Of a DNA stretch of 46,842 bases, positions 42,301 through 46,842 are shown one piece after another. How positions within the stretch are numbered: position 1 is the stretch's first letter; the number at the start of each line of letters is the position of its first letter. The notes below the pieces were generated by a model, which saw only the letters and a list, made by a program, of their open reading frames with translations, had not been told where the DNA came from and did no database searches. Both the position numbers and the translations under genes were made by a program. Source of the stretch: Chromera velia. Lineage: Eukaryota. The stretch is from NCBI GenBank assembly GCA_018398765.1, contig JAHBMJ010000476.1:1-46842 (forward strand), written 5' to 3'.

Positions 42301-44783
42301 AATGGAGAGCCATGACATGACACAGAAAGGGAATGAAATCTCAGCATTTTTCTTCCACCGTATCATTGAAGGCTCTCCGAAAAGGGAAGCCAGCAACGTG
42401 ATAGACATAGACAGAAATGGACCTCCACCTTCTCTCGTCCAGTAAAGAACCACGAAATTACGGGAAACGAAAAACGACAAGAAAGAAAAAAGCCGACCTA
42501 CCTCAGATTCAGGTACACCACAAGTGTGCACGTTGCCGCATTGTGCAGAGCAGAGAAGGCCACGAACCGCACCGTCTCCTGCACCTTCTCGTTGCTGTAC
42601 AGGTTTTCTTCCAGCCAGTGGGCGTTCAGAAGACCCAAAGGTGCCCAGATGAGAACGGAATCGAAGCACGTCCACAGAGCCTGGATCGACGCAGAAGAGG
42701 ATCCAGGAAAGAGTGAGTAAGTCCAATAGAAAGAGATGGCTCTCAGGAAGGTGGACAGCTGGGCAAGCAAGAACACCAGCAGGAAAAGAAAACAAATGGG
42801 CAAATAGATGAGCCAGCCGGCTGACAAAGAGACCCTTTAATGAATTCTGATCTTTTCGAAGACGCTGTTGTAAAAACACAAGGAGTTGCTTACGAAAAAA
42901 GGTTGCTGCTATTGCTCTCTCTCTCTCTTGGCATGACGAACACATCTTGCGAAGATGAAATCACAATCATTGGTTGTCTTATTCAGATTCCGACTTGGTT
43001 TGTGCATCCGGTCTGGAGGGGAAAATGGCGGATTTCCAATGGAATGTGTTTGTGGAACAAAGAGGGTGTGACAGATACGTGTTGAGAGTCTTTTGAAGTG
43101 AAGGGTCGACAGTGCGTCTCGAAGAAGAAGAAGAAGAAGAAGTCGGTCGAATGGCAGGCAGCAGAGGATACTGATGGACGGACCTGCTGCCACAGGATGC
43201 AACTTCCATAGAACTGCAAACACACACATACACGTACACCTACACACATGAACATACACACACCCGCGACCGTGCATAGGAACACGTCAAATCAACAGGC
43301 GAGTCAGTCCGTCGACGGGTGCCTGCCTCCTCACGGGAATGGGAGACAGAATGTGCATGTGTGTATGCATGTAAGAAAACAGAAAATTGAGAAGTGGAGA
43401 CGCGCAAATAAGGACAAGAAAACTAAAATAGGTCCCCACTCTCATGACATGATCAACAGGTTCATTTCCGTGCACCCATTCAGGTTCCATGGAGAAAGGT
43501 GGCATTTCAGTGAGGGGCAATACACAAAGGAGGAAGAGGGAGATAGAAAGCGCTTGAGAAAAGCAAGTAAGAGGTGAAGGAGACGTCGAGCGAGCTGACA
43601 ATTCCGTAGTAGAGTGCGATGAGCACTGGAGGCAACAGACCTGCATGAGGGAACAGACAGACAGATACAAACAAGAATAGAGAGACAGAGAATTCTTTGG
43701 GAAGCAGCAGGAGGCGAAAAGAGGATGTACGGAAGAGGGAGGGCACGGGGGGTGGGGGGGGAGGCAATTCTCAGAAATCAAATGCATGAACCAATTCTTC
43801 TTCTCGCCCGTTCCACGCTCCTCTTAGACTCTCTCCCTCCTCCCCCCCCCCCCCCNNNNNNNNNNNNNNNNCCCCCCCCCTCTCTTTGTCGTTCTCTCGG
43901 TCTTTCTCCACTCTTTTGCATGCCCTGCTTCCCAGACCTTTAACTTCTTACGGATACCTTCAATTACAAAGTCTTCATCTCGATTGTTTGTGCATAAAAG
44001 GCAGGACCTTTTCTTTTTGTTGAAATGGGCACGAGAGGTTCGAAATTTAGAACTTGGTTGGTTCAACGCTAAGCTTCTTTCTGGACTGTTTGATATCAAA
44101 AAGGGAACCTTCTGGCGGAATTGACCGAAGAGTGTGATTCCAAATGCCACCACTGTCCTGTCGGACAGCACAAAGACAGAGCCAAAGAAGGCCGCGTAGA
44201 CGAGAAGGAAGCAGATGAGCCGGGCTAAACACCGGCAACGAATCACTTTGTCTGCACGCACCGAGGGAGGAAGACTACTGTCATGAAAGTGCAACTGTGG
44301 GAAGGTTCTTGTGCTGCAGCAGGAAAGAGAACACTCAGAAAGTCGAGCGACAGGTCAAGCGTGTAAGAAGGCAGACAGACACACATAAATAAAAAGGCCT
44401 GCAGGAAAGGCCAAGCGAGAGAAAAGCATGCCGCAAGCGATCGGTTTATTCAAACGCCGTCTACCCGCCATCAGAGAAGCACCAGCCTTCTCCCTTATCT
44501 GTCCAGAACGCCTCTGCTTTAAGCCGAGGGTGAACACATGTTCAAGGGTTCACTGACCAGAAAAGTTCCTGCTCCTCTCCTCGCTGTCTGAGGGTGCCTC
44601 GTCGCTGAGCAGACTGACGATACTCCGTCGAGACAACCATGACTCCGTCAGGGTGAGAGTCCTCTCCCTGCCCCTGCGGGGGCTTCCGCTGCTCCCTCTC
44701 CTCTCCTCGGGCCCCTCTGCTGTACCTGACGCTCCTGCTCCGGTACTTGCACTGCTATTCGCATGCGGAAGGCCCAGGGTCAT
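39400..44783 (-). CDS. Probable multi-exon multi-pass membrane protein of unknown family
   Basis: ATG at 44783 with donor at ~44556. A series of hydrophobic, non-repetitive minus-strand segments bounded by GT/AG (LICFLLVYAAFFGSVFVL; WTCFDSVLIWAPLGLL; LMVYGICSAAVVAVV; LIASGLFLFSG; FWIVEGVHCP) and a Ser-rich tail. Exon structure not fully resolved. Confidence 0.5.
43856..43871. other. Assembly gap (16 N) within a poly-C run
   Basis: N characters in the sequence. Confidence 0.99.
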
Positions 44784-45110
44784 AGCTTTGATACGTCTCT
44801 TGCAGGAAAATTGTCTCTTTGCGGTGCAATTAGAGATCCGTTAGGGTGCAGGCCAAAGAGTCTGCCTGCAGCTCGCACCTCTTTGCACTTCCAAATATTA
44901 CAGACGATCAGCAAGACAATCGATTGATAAAGGAATGAACTTCTTCACAAATTCTTGAAAAAGAAGTGCATCCTCCTTTGAACGCCATTCAACATCTCCA
45001 TCTGCACGCTGCGGTAGAAAAACATGTTCCTGAATCCGTCTGATCCCGTCTTGGATAGGAAGCAGTGGAACCATGCTTCTGCGGCAGAGACAGATGTCCA
45101 GACTCCATCG

Positions 45111-45149
<39 letters not shown>

Positions 45150-45981
45150 GACAACAGCTATAGGGACTGCTGTTAATTAAAGATCGAATTGCATGGATGA
45201 TTACTTGCATGCATGCAAAAATTAAGCTAGCTGAGAGTGGGCGCGAGCATTGCGCGCCGGCGTGTTCTGGATTACAGCTATGTAGGACCTCAATTAATAC
45301 AGGTTCGTGCTGTAAACAATTGTAAACACACGGAGTAGAAGGGGTCCGGAAATACACAAACTGTATGTTTTGATACGTACGGTGCTAGCAGAATTCAACT
45401 AAATCCAACATAAGTGAATTGGACCGGTCAGGAGAATTTTTCCGGAGAGAACTAGCTGGAAGCATATAGTAGTTAGTTATAGCTAGTAGTAGGTAGTGTA
45501 AAAAACCAAATAACTGCATAACTGCATATCAGCTCACTAGTAAACTAGTTAATAAACTAATTTGATTAATTATACTTTAAAGCTCTAGTAAAACATATCA
45601 CGTTTGTCTATTTCAAGTCATGTTTGTCAGTTTCTCCTCAAGTTCCTTGTGTTTGTGTTAGCCATTACCGCTACTTTGGTAACCTCAGCCTACACCATTA
45701 CCGTAACAACAAAAATCGCTACCGGGCGGCCACTTGGTTACTCCTAACTGCACAGTGCCAGTGTACTATGTAATTATTAATAAACAATCCACCAGCTCCT
45801 GGAAGAGGCGGACTTATGAGAATCCACAGATGCTACGATTATGAGCACCCTTCAACACTTCAAACTACTCCAAACTGTGCTCAAAAACATTTTTCAAGAG
45901 TTCAAAGTTTTGGTTCATAGTTTTTTCTATATTCTTTAACAATGCATAATAATATATTTTAAGTGTGTTTGTGTTTGTGAC

Positions 45982-46021
<40 letters not shown>

Positions 46022-46043
46022 CGCGTGCGTGCGTGCGTGTGTA

Positions 46044-46094
<51 letters not shown>

Positions 46095-46178
46095 GAGATC
46101 TGTGAAAGAAAGAAAGTTTTTCGGTGCCGTAGACGGACTGAACGTCTCTCTCTATCTCTCTGTTCTGAGTATAAGTGT

Positions 46179-46221
<43 letters not shown>

Positions 46222-46371
46222 TGTGTGTGTGTGTGTGCGTGTGTGTGCGTATGTATACGTGAATCTGTGCCTCACGGTGCGTGTGTGCGTGTATGAAATT
46301 GAGTGGTCATGTTATATTCCTTTCTACCACGCATATCACAGTGCTGAACAAAATTGCCAGTGAGAAGTTTA

Positions 46372-46622
46372 TCAGTTTCTGCACGTTTGTTCTCGTTTTA
46401 CCGGGGGTGACCGCAACTTAAGCGGGTGCTTGGAATCAGGCTGCGATTGCCGAAAGGGAAGACTCCGAGTTGGAGGAGGGGGGTCGGAAAGTCCAGCTGT
46501 CCCTTGATGAAGCCTTTCAAGCAGAGCCCTCCTTCTCCCCTCAGCCTGCGCTGCCGTCTCCAAGGCAGATCGCCGTGAAAGGTTTTGAGAGGCGTCTCGT
46601 CCCTGTGAGAAGCAGCAGGAAT
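46372..46622 (-). CDS. Possible terminal exon of a gene entering from the right edge
   Basis: Non-repetitive open frame after a ttttag acceptor, ending at a stop at 46372. No domain recognised. Confidence 0.3.
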
Positions 46623-46842
46623 CTAAAAGTACAACCATTTTTTGGAAAAAAACACTCAAAAGACGCAAAGAGAGAGGCGAAGGAGAAGCCGGGATCACTC
46701 GATAAGACATTCTTTGAGAGCCAAATCGAAGAAGACCCCGTCTTTCTTTCCAACGATTTCTTTCCGGGTGCTCCTTTCCCACGTCCTTCCTTCTCGCGAG
46801 GAGAAAAGCAGAAAGAAAAGAGTGGGTGGGGGGATGGGGGGG

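Overview
This is eukaryotic, intron-rich, microsatellite-laden genomic DNA. The (GACA)n/(GACT)n/(GGAA)n-filled GT-AG introns and frequent TGCATGCA suggest an alveolate such as a chromerid, but that is inference. Most listed ORFs are microsatellite artefacts. Supported host genes: a 6-exon tRNA adenosine deaminase (ADAT2/Tad2, minus strand, 5189-9258) head-to-head with an AlkB-family (ALKBH4-like) 2OG-Fe(II) dioxygenase (plus strand, from 9661), plus three or four uncharacterised spliced genes in the right half. The centre (~14.4-31.7 kb) is a nested transposon graveyard. It holds a decayed CRE-type RT+RLE retrotransposon with a ~900-bp repeat/proline insert inside its RT core, a decayed APE-RT LINE, and truncated LINE 3' ends with stem-loops and short-repeat tails. 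At least five TIR elements have readable target-site duplications, and one hAT derivative carries a MYND-finger-like fragment. No prokaryote-type system (CRISPR array, operon) is evident.
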